64,000 nucleotides of DNA from Candidatus Latescibacterota bacterium (GTDB lineage Bacteria > Latescibacterota > UBA2968 > UBA8231). Shown here in pieces: positions 17,640 to 27,921 of the stretch (the first letter of the stretch is position 1; the number at the start of each line of letters is the position of its first letter). Both the position numbers and the translations under genes were made by a program. The DNA lies in assembly GCA_965243025.1 (NCBI GenBank), contig CBDETY010000003.1, forward strand, positions 6,272,001 through 6,336,000, written 5' to 3'. The notes under the pieces were generated by a model, which saw only the letters and a list, made by a program, of their open reading frames with translations, was not told the DNA's origin and searched no databases.

Positions 17640-20192
17640 ATGGATCGATCAGCGGCGAAGGCAAGCCCGACGGGTAACGCCGCGGCACCCTGGCTGACGG
17701 CGCTGGCCCTCCTCTGTCTGGCGGCGATTCCCCTCTTCTCAGATCAGGGCTACAGCTTCCGCGCCAACCAGATCGTCGCCGAGACCCGGGAGCACTGGGA
17801 AGCCTGGGACGTCAATGCCGGCATCTCCTGGATCACCCCCGACGGATCGGTCTCCCCCCGTTTCCTGCGCAAGCCGGTCAACGCCGCCCTGGAGGCCCCC
17901 CGGTACGATGTGAAGGTCCGGGGGGGTGTATCGGCCGGCTCCAACGAGCACCTCGCCCACCACCTGATCGACGGCGATCCCGCCACCTGGTGGGAGCCGG
18001 ATCTCGACCGGCCCCCTGGGGACTGGTGGGTCCAGCTCCGCCTGGGCCGTCTCGTGGCCGTCGAGAAGATCGTGCTGCGCTTCGTCGAGGAGGACGCCGG
18101 GGAGCCCTTCCTGCAGTTCGACGTCCTCGGATGGCGGTATCCCCCGCCCGAGGGAAGCGCCAGGTACCTGCTCGGAAGGGACGTCGCGAGGTTCTGGTAC
18201 CTGTTCGAGACCGACAGGCCGAACCGGACCCGGCGGATGTTCGAGATCGAGCGGAAGGTAGCGACCTTCAACGAGGAATTCACGGGGGAGGCGCTGGACG
18301 TCCTCCATATCCTGGTAACCGACAGCGCCGCCGACCGCCTGCGGGAGGTCGCCCCCGACACGTACGAGGCCCTGCCCGCGGACTCGAGGGGCGCGGTGGA
18401 GTACTACCGCAAGGGGGGCAGCCGGCAGACCCTGACGACGCGGGAGAGTTACGAGGCCCTGCCGCCGGAGCGGCAGGGGCGGATCCGGTACTATCAGCGC
18501 GAGCGTCCGCGCCTGGCGGAAGTGGAAGTCTGGGCCCCGGGGGACAACCTCAACTACGGCCGCGGCCAGCAGGGAGGGCGGACGCAGCTGTGGATCGGCA
18601 CCAACCTGGGGGAGTCCGGGGGAAAGAAATACACCCTCGCCAACGTGGTGACCGACGCCGACTATTCGACCGGTCCGAACGTCAGTACCAGCGGGGACAG
18701 CTATTTCTTCGAAGACCTCGGCACCCGGTTCTGGGTGGACGCGGTGGAGTTCTGGACCCACGAAATGTCGGTCAGGGATCTGCAGATCTCCGACGGGGCC
18801 CTCGCCCCGGACGGCTCCGTCGAGTGGACCGAGGTAGTGGCTGGAGAACGCTTCGGGCGATACTTCGACGAGCAACTGTCCAGGGTCTTCCGCATCGAGC
18901 CCACACGGATCCGCTACCTGCGCTCTCGCATCAGCTCGGGGGGCGGCACCCTTCTCGAGGTGATGGTCTACGGGGAGGGATACGTAGCCGAGGTGGCGCT
19001 GATCTCCGAACCGATCGGGATGCGCCGGCACCAGAGCTTCGTCTCCATCGAGTGGGAGGCGGATACCCCGGTGGGCACCTGGGTCGAGATCGCCACCCGG
19101 ACCGGCGACCGGCTGCGCGAGCAGCTGACCTACTACGACAACAACGGCATCGAGGTGACTGCCGATCGCTACCGGAGGAAGCTGCCGCGGCCGAAACAGG
19201 GAGAGATCGTCTCGCGCATGGTGCCGGACAGTGACTGGAGCCCGTGGACCCGTCCCTACCTGGAACCGGGGGAGGAGGTCAAGTCGCCGCTGCGGAAGTA
19301 CCTGCAGATCCGCGCCCGGGTCATGGCGGACACGGTCAGCAAGTACGGCCCTCCCGCGTCCCTGCACGCCATCCGGGTGAACCTGACCGACCTGTATGCC
19401 GAGGAGTTGATCGGCGAGGTCTGGCCCCGCTTCGTCGAGCGCATCGGGGAACCGGAGGAGCGCTCCTTCTTCATCCGGCCCCGGTTCACCCGGAGCGACC
19501 AGAGCTTCGACCAGTTCCGCATCACGGCGACGGCGCCGACGACGATGGAGCTGGTCGAAGTGCGCTCGGGGACGTTGGAAGATTTCGCGAAGGAGGAGAC
19601 GGAGCGCTGGCTGCCGGAAGACCTGGAGATCACCGCCTCGGGAGCCGACACCCTGCGGTTCCGGCTGCCGTCCCCGATCCGGCACGGGGTCGAGCTGGTC
19701 GAAGTGCGCCTCCGGCCGACGATATACGGCCACTCGGCCGCTTTCGAGGCGGGGGTGAAGGCGACCGGGGCGGCGGGCACCTGGCAGAGGGTGGAGATCG
19801 GCAACGCCGCGGAGGACGCGCCGAGCGAGTCCAACGTCGTCGTCGCCCTGGGAGACAACGCCGCCCTGACCGCGCTGCGGGTCGAGCCTTCGGTGGTGAC
19901 GCCGAACGGGGACGGGATCAACGATGCGGCGCTCTTCCGCTTCAGCGTCAACCGGCTGCACTCGGAGGCGGCGGTCGAGCTGTCGATCTACGACCTCGGG
20001 GGCCGGCTGGTGTACCGGGCCCGGGACGAGCGCGCCGACCCGCGCGGCCGCTACGCCCTCGAGTGGCGGGGGGAGGGAATGAAGGGCGGGCTCATTCCCC
20101 CCGGGACCTACCTGGCCCGGGTCGAGCTGGCGGCCTACTCGGAGCGGGCGCAGCAGACCTCCCTGACCCGGATCCTGCGGGTGGCCTACTGA
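17640..20192 (+). CDS. Secreted protein with discoidin-like region and C-terminal FlgD-Ig/CTD (paralog 2)
   Basis: Signal peptide; LIDGDPATWW; VTPNGDGIND...IYDLGGRLV...IPPGTYL...VAY. Confidence 0.85.
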   Translation: MDRSAAKASPTGNAAAPWLTALALLCLAAIPLFSDQGYSFRANQIVAETREHWEAWDVNAGISWITPDGSVSPRFLRKPVNAALEAPRYDVKVRGGVSAGSNEHLAHHLIDGDPATWWEPDLDRPPGDWWVQLRLGRLVAVEKIVLRFVEEDAGEPFLQFDVLGWRYPPPEGSARYLLGRDVARFWYLFETDRPNRTRRMFEIERKVATFNEEFTGEALDVLHILVTDSAADRLREVAPDTYEALPADSRGAVEYYRKGGSRQTLTTRESYEALPPERQGRIRYYQRERPRLAEVEVWAPGDNLNYGRGQQGGRTQLWIGTNLGESGGKKYTLANVVTDADYSTGPNVSTSGDSYFFEDLGTRFWVDAVEFWTHEMSVRDLQISDGALAPDGSVEWTEVVAGERFGRYFDEQLSRVFRIEPTRIRYLRSRISSGGGTLLEVMVYGEGYVAEVALISEPIGMRRHQSFVSIEWEADTPVGTWVEIATRTGDRLREQLTYYDNNGIEVTADRYRRKLPRPKQGEIVSRMVPDSDWSPWTRPYLEPGEEVKSPLRKYLQIRARVMADTVSKYGPPASLHAIRVNLTDLYAEELIGEVWPRFVERIGEPEERSFFIRPRFTRSDQSFDQFRITATAPTTMELVEVRSGTLEDFAKEETERWLPEDLEITASGADTLRFRLPSPIRHGVELVEVRLRPTIYGHSAAFEAGVKATGAAGTWQRVEIGNAAEDAPSESNVVVALGDNAALTALRVEPSVVTPNGDGINDAALFRFSVNRLHSEAAVELSIYDLGGRLVYRARDERADPRGRYALEWRGEGMKGGLIPPGTYLARVELAAYSERAQQTSLTRILRVAY

Positions 20193-22051
20193 TGGGGATT
20201 CCGCTCGGACAACGGTGGGTGCTGGTCCTGTCCCTCGGCCTCCTGCCCGAAAGCTCCCCCGCGGTGACGATCTACCGCTTCGGCGGCGAGGACCTGCCTC
20301 CGCCCCTGGAAAGCGCCCGTGACGACGTGGAGTTCCTGCGGATGGACTGGGGGGAGATCAGCGTCGAGAGCGGCGGGGAGCATGCGGGCATCCGGATGGA
20401 GAAAGGAGTCATCGGGCCCCGGAAGCTCGACCCGGGAAGGAACGTCGCGGCCCTGGTCTGGAAGAGAGATCCGTCGCTCGAGCTCCTGTTCGACAACGAT
20501 CCGGGGACCGTCTGGATCGCCGAGCCGTACGAGTGCGGGGATTCGTTCGCGAGCCGCTGCGACGGCCGCTACGGCCGGCGGGGGGTCCTCAACATCGACT
20601 TCGCCGACAGGGTCCTGATAAACCGGATCCGGTTGATGTCAGGCAGCGACAATCCCCTGGAGACGGTGAGGAACTTCGGACTCTCCCTTTCTCCAAGCCG
20701 TCTCGGAAGCGACAGGACCGTGCTCCTGCCCTTCCTGGAGGAGGTGCTGGAAAACGAGGACCCGAGCCTGGTGCTGGAGTTCCCGGACGACCTGCCCGCG
20801 GCGTCGGCGCTGCAGATCGCCGTGAGCGACCACGCCCGGCCCTGGAGTATCGGCGAGATCCAGATATTCGCGCGGGGGGTGGCGGGCAAGGCTGCCTACA
20901 CCGGCAACATCCTCGACTTCGGGAAGCCGGCGGTATGGGGGGAGATGCGCTGGTCCCTGAAACAGGAACCGGAATCCCTCCTCTATGTGCGCACCCGGAA
21001 CGGCGGCAGCTCGCAGCTGTTCCGCTACTGGAAATACACCGGCATGGGGGACCACAAGGTCGAGGTGACCCCGGAGGAGTACGAAGAGCTTCCCGGGAGG
21101 CTGCAGGCCGAGCCGACCTACAACTACGACAGCTGGAACCCGTGGACGTCCCGCTTCAACCTGGTGAACGGGGGGGCCCCGCCCCCGGTCTTCCCGGTCC
21201 CCCGCCGCAGCTTCCAGTTCAGTCTCGAGTTCGTCTCCTCCGGCGAGGAGGGGACCCGGCTCGAGTTCCTCGAGTTCCGCGCTTCGGCGGCGGCGGTCAC
21301 CCGCGTCGTGGGCGAGCTCGACCCGATCCGGGTGAAAGCCGGCTCCCCGACCCGCTTCACCTACGCCCTCAGGCCGCGGATCCACGAAGGCGACCCCGGG
21401 TTCGACCTCGTCGAGATGCGGGCGGTGGCGGCGCGCATCGACGCCGTGCAGGCGGTGCTGATCGACGGCGCCGGGGTGCCGTTCCATGTCCTGGAGCTCG
21501 AAGACCGGCGCGCCGTTCTAAGCATCCCGCGGGTGGCCGGGCTCGCGTACTCCGACGCCATCGTCGAGGTCCTGTTCGACGCCCGGGTGCTGCGCTTCGG
21601 GGGCGCCTTCATGGGGCAGATCGCCGACAGCGAGCGCCCGCACGACGTGCCGCAGCCGGTGCTTTCCGGGGACGCCATCGACGAGGCGCTCGGGGACCGG
21701 GTGTGGATCGAGACCTCGATCGCCGTCGAGTCCGCCCTCGAGGCGCGCGCCGAGCCCGCGGCGTTCACCCCGAACGGGGACGGGGTCAACGACGGGGTGG
21801 AGATCGCCTACGACCTCGTCGAAGTAACCCGGCCCGTCTCCGTGGAGGTGGAGATACGGGACCTCGCCGGCCGGCGCGTGCGCCTGCTGCATTCCGGCGA
21901 GGAGGGGATCGGCAGGTACCGGCGCCGGTGGGACGGCCGCCTCGACGACGGCACCCCGGCGCCCCCCGGCATCTACCTCTACCGCGTGACGACAACCGAT
22001 GTCTCCGGCGAACGCTTTGCCGAGGTCGGCCCCCTGCGGGTCGTCTATTAA
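20192..22051 (+). CDS. Secreted protein with C-terminal FlgD-Ig/CTD (paralog 3)
   Basis: TGATG coupling; TIYRFGGEDLPPP shared with paralog 1; FTPNGDGVND...WDGRLDDG..PPGIYLYR...VVY. Confidence 0.85.
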   Translation: MGIPLGQRWVLVLSLGLLPESSPAVTIYRFGGEDLPPPLESARDDVEFLRMDWGEISVESGGEHAGIRMEKGVIGPRKLDPGRNVAALVWKRDPSLELLFDNDPGTVWIAEPYECGDSFASRCDGRYGRRGVLNIDFADRVLINRIRLMSGSDNPLETVRNFGLSLSPSRLGSDRTVLLPFLEEVLENEDPSLVLEFPDDLPAASALQIAVSDHARPWSIGEIQIFARGVAGKAAYTGNILDFGKPAVWGEMRWSLKQEPESLLYVRTRNGGSSQLFRYWKYTGMGDHKVEVTPEEYEELPGRLQAEPTYNYDSWNPWTSRFNLVNGGAPPPVFPVPRRSFQFSLEFVSSGEEGTRLEFLEFRASAAAVTRVVGELDPIRVKAGSPTRFTYALRPRIHEGDPGFDLVEMRAVAARIDAVQAVLIDGAGVPFHVLELEDRRAVLSIPRVAGLAYSDAIVEVLFDARVLRFGGAFMGQIADSERPHDVPQPVLSGDAIDEALGDRVWIETSIAVESALEARAEPAAFTPNGDGVNDGVEIAYDLVEVTRPVSVEVEIRDLAGRRVRLLHSGEEGIGRYRRRWDGRLDDGTPAPPGIYLYRVTTTDVSGERFAEVGPLRVVY

Positions 22052-22077
22052 GAGACTCGCGCCGCGGAGAATCGCGC

Positions 22078-24897
22078 ATGAAGACTCGCCGTTTCATGTA
22101 TCGGGTCGCGCCGCAGATGGGAACTACTGAGCGTCGGCAACCCCGGCGACTCCTCTCCGGGGCGCTGCTGCTGGCGGTCTGCGCGGGTAGCGCCGCGGCG
22201 CGGCCGGACTACGGCAACCGGCTCGGGCAGCGCACCGCGGGGGAGGTGGAGTTCCGCCCCTTCGGAGCGACGGTCGTCGCCGAGCACCTCGACCCCTCGG
22301 TGAGGAAGTGGTACCTGCCGCAGGAGTTCCTCGACGAGTACAAGTGGCGGCCCTGGGAGACGCGCAACTACGCGAGGGACCCCTACCGCCGCTACCGCTC
22401 CATCCTCTCGGAAGGAACCTACCTGTACGACCGCTTCGGCAAGTACCTGACCCGGGGCTGGGTGATCTACGACTGGACGGAGGAGCGGCCGAGGGAAGCG
22501 GAGGGAAGCCGCATCCTGCCGCCCCAATGGCCGCTGTCCGGCCTCAACATCGTTTCCGACCGCAAGGGCCGGCACCAGATGCGGGTCACCATCGGCGCCA
22601 ACATCCCGGTCACCCTGACGCCGATGACCTTTCGCAAGTCCGCCTACCACGGCATGCTGGTCGACTACCAGTCGGACCGCTTCTCCGCCACCGGCCTGGT
22701 GTCGCGCATCAGCCACCCCGGGTTCGCGAACGTTCCCGCGTACGAGCAGATCTCCTTCGCCAACCTCACCAGCCTGTTCGGCGGCAGGGCCGAGGCCGCC
22801 CTCGGGGACCGCTTCACCCTGGGAGCGACCTTCGTCAACGCCCACCACGGCAGGACGGTGCTGTCGAGCTTTCAGGGGAGCCCGTTCACCGGAGCCCTCA
22901 CCGCGAGCCAGCACCAGGCCCTGATAACGGAGATCGTCGTCCGCATCAGCGACGATTCCCCGGCCGACCCCGGCGGGGCCATCCTCGTGTACGACGACGT
23001 CGAGATCACAACGCGAATCGGCCACGTCGACACCGTCCTCGTCGGCAGCCGCATCGGCTTCAGGCCCGAGAAGGAAGGGGGGTTTGCACGGGAGGGGGCG
23101 AGGGTCGCGGAAGGGGGGGACGCGATACTGCTGCGCTACGTCCTTGCCGACGATCCGGAGACCTCCCGACTGGAGGGCCTGCAGGGGATGATCGGCGACG
23201 CCGAGATCGCCGCCAACATCCGCAACGTCCGCTTCAGGCTGTTCCTGGTGGACGACTACAGGGTCGAGGTGACTTCGAGCAACCAGACCAACGCCGAGGG
23301 AAAACCGGTGTTCCTCACGGTGACGCGGGCGCGCCGCAACACCCGGGACGGCTCAAACAAGAAGCAGGTGGTGTTCGACTACGGCCTGCCGACGGCGAAC
23401 CAGATCGCCGGCTTCACCGCCGAGGCGCGCGGCCTGCTCGGGTTCGATCTCTACGGCGAGCTCGACGTCAACCACCGCTACCGGCAGTTCCCCTACCGCC
23501 GCAGCGAGACCCACCGGGCGCGCTCCGGGATCCTCGGGGACGAGACCGCCCTGGCCTGGATGGCCAATCTCGCCAGGGACTCGTTCCCCTGGTTCTGCCT
23601 CGTCGAGGCGTTCTACATGGACGAGGACTACAGCACCAGCTCCTTCGTCGCGGACGGGGCCGGCAACGTCGACTACGAGGACGAGACCCGCAGCCTGTAC
23701 GATTTCGTCGACGACAACGACGACAACGACCGCCTGCCGGACCAGCGGCGCCTCTACCAGGACGCCCGGATCGGCGTGGAGAGGTTGAACGAGACCCTGA
23801 CCGCCCAGGGGTTCGCCGACAACGCCGTCTTCCCCGGATGGGACACCAACAACGACTTCATATCCGACTTCAACCAGAACGGCAACAGGCTGCAGGAAAA
23901 CCTGCTGCCCGACTACGAGGAGCCGTTTCTGCGCCACTCGGTCGACCGGCCGGAATTCCTTTTCGGGATCGACCTCAACAACAATGGATGGATAGACCGC
24001 TTCGAGAACGACAACGAGCCCGACTACCCGTACAAGAGCGACCGCAAGGGGTACAACGCCTACCTGCGCAGGCATTTCACCCCGGAGCTGAACCTCACCG
24101 TCGGCAGGACGCGCCAGTCCGCGATTTCCGACGACAGGGAGGCGGTGACGAGCTACGCGATCCTCGCGCTCGAAAGGGACTTGCCCGGCATCGGCGTGGT
24201 CCGGGTCTTCGACATGCTCAAGAGAGCCGCCGACGACATCCCGGACGATCTCGTCCAGTGGGTGCAGCAGCCGCAGTCCCGCGGCCTACTCGAGCCGTTC
24301 GCCGATCCGCTGGCGGCGACCGACGCCTGGATAAACACCGCCTTCCTCGGGTTCGAGAGGCGCGCCGACTTCGGGGTCAACTTCGAGAGCAAGCTCAAGC
24401 ACGAGACCGTGAGACAGGCCGCCGACGGGAGCGGCCACAAGCGCCACACCCGCCTGCTCGGACTCGTGAACAAGGCATCCTGGATCGCGGCCGTCGGCAA
24501 TCTGACCGTCGAGCCGAGGCTGAAGAGCGCCCTGCTGAGGGACGACACGCCGTACTCGATCGGCAAATCGGAACGGGAGGAGTGGACGGGGACCGCAGAC
24601 GTCCTGCTGAGGTACCCGTTCCTGCGCAGAAGCCAGGTCGAGCTCGGGGTCGAGCAGACCTGGTTCGACGACAGTCTGGTGAAGGAGGAGGAGCTTTCCC
24701 GGGGTGAGCGGACCGGGGATTACCGCAACCTGGTGGTCGCGCTGCAGGTAACCAACCGCAGCGACTACCTCGGGTACCGCTTCAACACCCGGTTCGGCTA
24801 CATGATGAACTGGCGGAACGCCGGGAGATACCGGAGGGAGCCGCTGTCCGAGGCCGGGGGGTTGAGTTTCCTGACGATCTACGCGGCTCTCCGCTGA
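22078..24897 (+). CDS. Large exported protein, probable outer-membrane beta-barrel with Asp/Asn-rich Ca-binding-like motifs
   Basis: Signal peptide (LLSGALLLAVCAGSAAA); DDNDDNDRLPD, WDTNNDFISD, IDLNNNGWID; alternating beta-strand pattern toward C-terminal FLTIYAALR. Confidence 0.7.
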   Translation: MKTRRFMYRVAPQMGTTERRQPRRLLSGALLLAVCAGSAAARPDYGNRLGQRTAGEVEFRPFGATVVAEHLDPSVRKWYLPQEFLDEYKWRPWETRNYARDPYRRYRSILSEGTYLYDRFGKYLTRGWVIYDWTEERPREAEGSRILPPQWPLSGLNIVSDRKGRHQMRVTIGANIPVTLTPMTFRKSAYHGMLVDYQSDRFSATGLVSRISHPGFANVPAYEQISFANLTSLFGGRAEAALGDRFTLGATFVNAHHGRTVLSSFQGSPFTGALTASQHQALITEIVVRISDDSPADPGGAILVYDDVEITTRIGHVDTVLVGSRIGFRPEKEGGFAREGARVAEGGDAILLRYVLADDPETSRLEGLQGMIGDAEIAANIRNVRFRLFLVDDYRVEVTSSNQTNAEGKPVFLTVTRARRNTRDGSNKKQVVFDYGLPTANQIAGFTAEARGLLGFDLYGELDVNHRYRQFPYRRSETHRARSGILGDETALAWMANLARDSFPWFCLVEAFYMDEDYSTSSFVADGAGNVDYEDETRSLYDFVDDNDDNDRLPDQRRLYQDARIGVERLNETLTAQGFADNAVFPGWDTNNDFISDFNQNGNRLQENLLPDYEEPFLRHSVDRPEFLFGIDLNNNGWIDRFENDNEPDYPYKSDRKGYNAYLRRHFTPELNLTVGRTRQSAISDDREAVTSYAILALERDLPGIGVVRVFDMLKRAADDIPDDLVQWVQQPQSRGLLEPFADPLAATDAWINTAFLGFERRADFGVNFESKLKHETVRQAADGSGHKRHTRLLGLVNKASWIAAVGNLTVEPRLKSALLRDDTPYSIGKSEREEWTGTADVLLRYPFLRRSQVELGVEQTWFDDSLVKEEELSRGERTGDYRNLVVALQVTNRSDYLGYRFNTRFGYMMNWRNAGRYRREPLSEAGGLSFLTIYAALR

Positions 24898-24940
24898 GGG
24901 TACCCGCGCCCGCCCGACAGGGTGCAACTGCCCATTAATG

Positions 24941-26947
24941 TCAGGGCTCTGACAACAGGGAAGGGGGATCGGATTCCGCCTCCCCATGCCCCTGCGGAGG
25001 CAACTGTTCCCCGGGGCGGGGGATGGCGAGCCCCACCCATTCGGGATTCCCGCCCCACCCGCCCAGGGGAACCACGATGTAGTCGCGGCCGGCTGCGGTG
25101 TAGGCGACGGGATTGCCGCTGGCGTTCCCGGGAAGGCGGACGCGGGCGATGAGACGCCCGTCCAGCAGGTCGTAGGCGGAGAGGCGTTTCCCGGCATCGC
25201 CGCGGTACCGTCCGCGGAGATTTCCCAGTCTGTCAGGCGGCTCCGAGGCGGCGATCAGAATCTCCGGCGTCGTCAGCACGAAGACGCGGGCATCCCACCC
25301 GAGGGGGGGCAGGTCAAGCTCCCGCAGGGCGGGGTGGTCGACCGGTCCGAGACCGTTGGGAACCATCCAGCGGTGCTCGCCGGTGTTCACGTCGATGGCG
25401 GTGATGCGGCCGTACGGCGGTTTGACGAGCGGCAACCCCTGCGGCCCGCCGGAAGAAAAAAAGAGGGGGGCATACCTCGAGAACGACGTCCCGCCGCCGG
25501 CCTCCCTGAGGCCGAAAACGGCAGGCACCGTCCGCGACGGAACGTACACCCAGCCGTTGGGATGAGCGGCCCCGCCGCCCCAGTCGGCGCCGCCCACGCC
25601 GCCCGGCAGGGTCCAGGTGCCCCGTTCGCTCGGAGGAGTGAAGAGCGGCCCGGAGTCGTGCCGCCGGGCGATCTGAAGGGCCTGCTCCCGCAGCTCCGGG
25701 GTGAAATCGATCAGGTCCTCTTCCCCCAATCCCTGGCGGTCGAAGGGCAGGGGCCGGGTCGGAAAGGGCTGTGTCGGCGAGGCCCGTTCCCCCGGGACCG
25801 GCGATTGCGGGACCGGGCGCTCCTCCACGGGCCAGAGCGGCTCTCCGGTGACGCGGTCGAAGACGAAGGCGAACGCCTGCTTGGTCAGCTGCACGACCGC
25901 CTTGACCGGCCTGCCGTCTACCGAGACGTCCATCAGAATGGGCGCCGAGGCGACGTCGTAATCCCAGATCCCGTGGTGGATGAGCTGGTAGTGCCAGATG
26001 CGGCGTCCGCTCCTGCAGTCGACGCACACCAGGGTTTCGGAGAACAGATTGTCCCCGGGCCGCTCGCCGCCGTAGAAGTCGTGGCTCGGGGCGCTGACCG
26101 GCAGGTAGGCGTAGCCGAGATCGAGGTCGGCGCTCATAGGAGCCCAGACGTTGGCGCCGCCGTACCGCTTCCAGCTCCCTTCTTCCCACGTCTCGTTGCC
26201 GAACTCTCCCGCCTGCGGAACGGTGTGGAAAGTCCACAGCAGCTCACCGGTGCGCACGTCGAAGCCGCGCACGTCGCCGAGCGGAAGGAACTCCGGGACC
26301 TCCCCGCCCCACTCGCTGTGGCTCGAACCGACGATGGCGACGTCGCCGCAGACCATGGGAGGGGAGGAGACGCCGTACAAAAAACGGTCCGGGGGCCTGC
26401 GGAGATGCTGCGTCAGGTCGACGCGCCCGTTGTCGCCGAAGGCCCTGTCCGGCTCCCCGGTGACGGCGTCGAGAGAATGGAGGTAGGCCGACGAGGTAGC
26501 GGCCAGGATGCGGCCCCGGGAGCCGTCGCTCCAGTACGCCACGCCGCGGCTGACGTTGAATTCTTTATCGACCTTCCACGCTTCCGGATCGAAGGTCCAG
26601 AGCTCCCGGCCGGTGGCCGCGTCGAGAGCCGCGACGATGTTGTACGGACTGATGACGAAAAGGGTTCCGTCGACCATCAGCGGCGCGCACTCGTTGCTGC
26701 TCGGCCTGATCCTGACGTCTTGGGTCTCGCGGATGCGGAGATCGGGGGGACTCCAGCGCCAGATCACCCGCAGCCGCGAGAAGTTGGTGCTGTCGATTCC
26801 GGTGACGGCGGCGAAGCGGGTGCTGGCGGCGTCGCCGCCGTGGTACCGCCACTCGAGCGGCGGCGGTGCGGGCGCGGGGGAGCGAAGGTGGACGCAGGCG
26901 CTCAAAACCAGCGGCAGCGCCCACAGGCTGCGGAGGAGCGGCCTCAC
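24941..26947 (-). CDS. PQQ-dependent dehydrogenase (quinoprotein glucose dehydrogenase-like), lipoprotein
   Basis: Lipobox LSAC; EWRYHGGD, ALDAATGRELWTFDP, GGANVW, HHGIWDYD, PPYGRITAID. Confidence 0.9.
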   Translation of the reverse strand: MRPLLRSLWALPLVLSACVHLRSPAPAPPPLEWRYHGGDAASTRFAAVTGIDSTNFSRLRVIWRWSPPDLRIRETQDVRIRPSSNECAPLMVDGTLFVISPYNIVAALDAATGRELWTFDPEAWKVDKEFNVSRGVAYWSDGSRGRILAATSSAYLHSLDAVTGEPDRAFGDNGRVDLTQHLRRPPDRFLYGVSSPPMVCGDVAIVGSSHSEWGGEVPEFLPLGDVRGFDVRTGELLWTFHTVPQAGEFGNETWEEGSWKRYGGANVWAPMSADLDLGYAYLPVSAPSHDFYGGERPGDNLFSETLVCVDCRSGRRIWHYQLIHHGIWDYDVASAPILMDVSVDGRPVKAVVQLTKQAFAFVFDRVTGEPLWPVEERPVPQSPVPGERASPTQPFPTRPLPFDRQGLGEEDLIDFTPELREQALQIARRHDSGPLFTPPSERGTWTLPGGVGGADWGGGAAHPNGWVYVPSRTVPAVFGLREAGGGTSFSRYAPLFFSSGGPQGLPLVKPPYGRITAIDVNTGEHRWMVPNGLGPVDHPALRELDLPPLGWDARVFVLTTPEILIAASEPPDRLGNLRGRYRGDAGKRLSAYDLLDGRLIARVRLPGNASGNPVAYTAAGRDYIVVPLGGWGGNPEWVGLAIPRPGEQLPPQGHGEAESDPPSLLSEP

Positions 26948-27921
26948 TGACGCATGTGGTGGTAGGCCTCGGTGGCCGACTGCGGGCGCTCGTAGTCGAT
27001 CGACCACTCCCGTTCCTCGGCCGGCATCTTGCCGAGGGCCCTGGCCATCTGGCGGATGTGCGAGCCCTCGCAGCCGCAGCAGCCGCCGATGTAGTTCACA
27101 CCGAGGCCGGCGGCCCTGGAGGCGAACTCCCCCATTTCGTAGCGGCTGATCTGGTGGGGGTCGAGCCGGTCGGGGAACTCCTTCAGCCCGGTGAAGAACG
27201 GGACCTCCGGGGTGCACCGGTAGGCGACCGGCTGCGCCGCGACGGGGCAGCTGACCGCGGCGCGCATCTCCTCGGCGACCGGCAGCATGAAGGTCGGGTC
27301 CTGCCAGCAGTTGACGCCGACGATGTCGGCCCCGGCCTGCTCCAGCCTCTTCGCCGCGTCCCCCGGGGTCATCCCTTCGGCGGTGCGGACGCCGCCGAAA
27401 CAGAGGGTGGCCATGACCGGCAGGCCGGTCTTCCGGGCGCGTTCCAGGGCGATCAGGGCCTCGCCGGCGGCGAGGAAGGTCTCGCAGATGATGAAGTCGA
27501 CCCCTTCCTCCATCTGGAAGGCGATCTGGTCGTCGAAGAGCCGCCGGCACTCGTCCGCCGCGGCCGCGTTTCCCTCCTCGTACTTCCAGGTCACGCAGAC
27601 ATTGCCGGCGACCAGGGTGTCGGGGCCGGCCGCTTCGCGGGCGATGCGCACGGCGGCGCGGTTGATGTCGCCGAGCCGGCCCTCGTACCCGATCTGGGCG
27701 AGCTTGTTCTCGCTGGCGTAGAAGGTGAGCACCTGCAGCACCTCGGCGCCGGCGTGGACGAACTCCTCGTGCAGGGCGCGCAGGGCCAGGGGGTTCTCGA
27801 TCGTCACCTCCGGGGTGAAGGGGCCGGCCTGCACGTACCCGCGGTTCTCGAGGGCGAGCAGGTAGCCGCCGTCGCCGAGGACGATCCCTTCCTTCAGCTT
27901 GTCCGTTATCGATGCAGTCAC
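26944..27921 (-). CDS. Homocysteine S-methyltransferase family, betaine-homocysteine methyltransferase-like
   Basis: LGDGGY, GYVQAGPFTPE (BHMT-like), Zn ligands GVNC and GGCCG. Confidence 0.88.
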   Translation of the reverse strand: MTASITDKLKEGIVLGDGGYLLALENRGYVQAGPFTPEVTIENPLALRALHEEFVHAGAEVLQVLTFYASENKLAQIGYEGRLGDINRAAVRIAREAAGPDTLVAGNVCVTWKYEEGNAAAADECRRLFDDQIAFQMEEGVDFIICETFLAAGEALIALERARKTGLPVMATLCFGGVRTAEGMTPGDAAKRLEQAGADIVGVNCWQDPTFMLPVAEEMRAAVSCPVAAQPVAYRCTPEVPFFTGLKEFPDRLDPHQISRYEMGEFASRAAGLGVNYIGGCCGCEGSHIRQMARALGKMPAEEREWSIDYERPQSATEAYHHMRQ

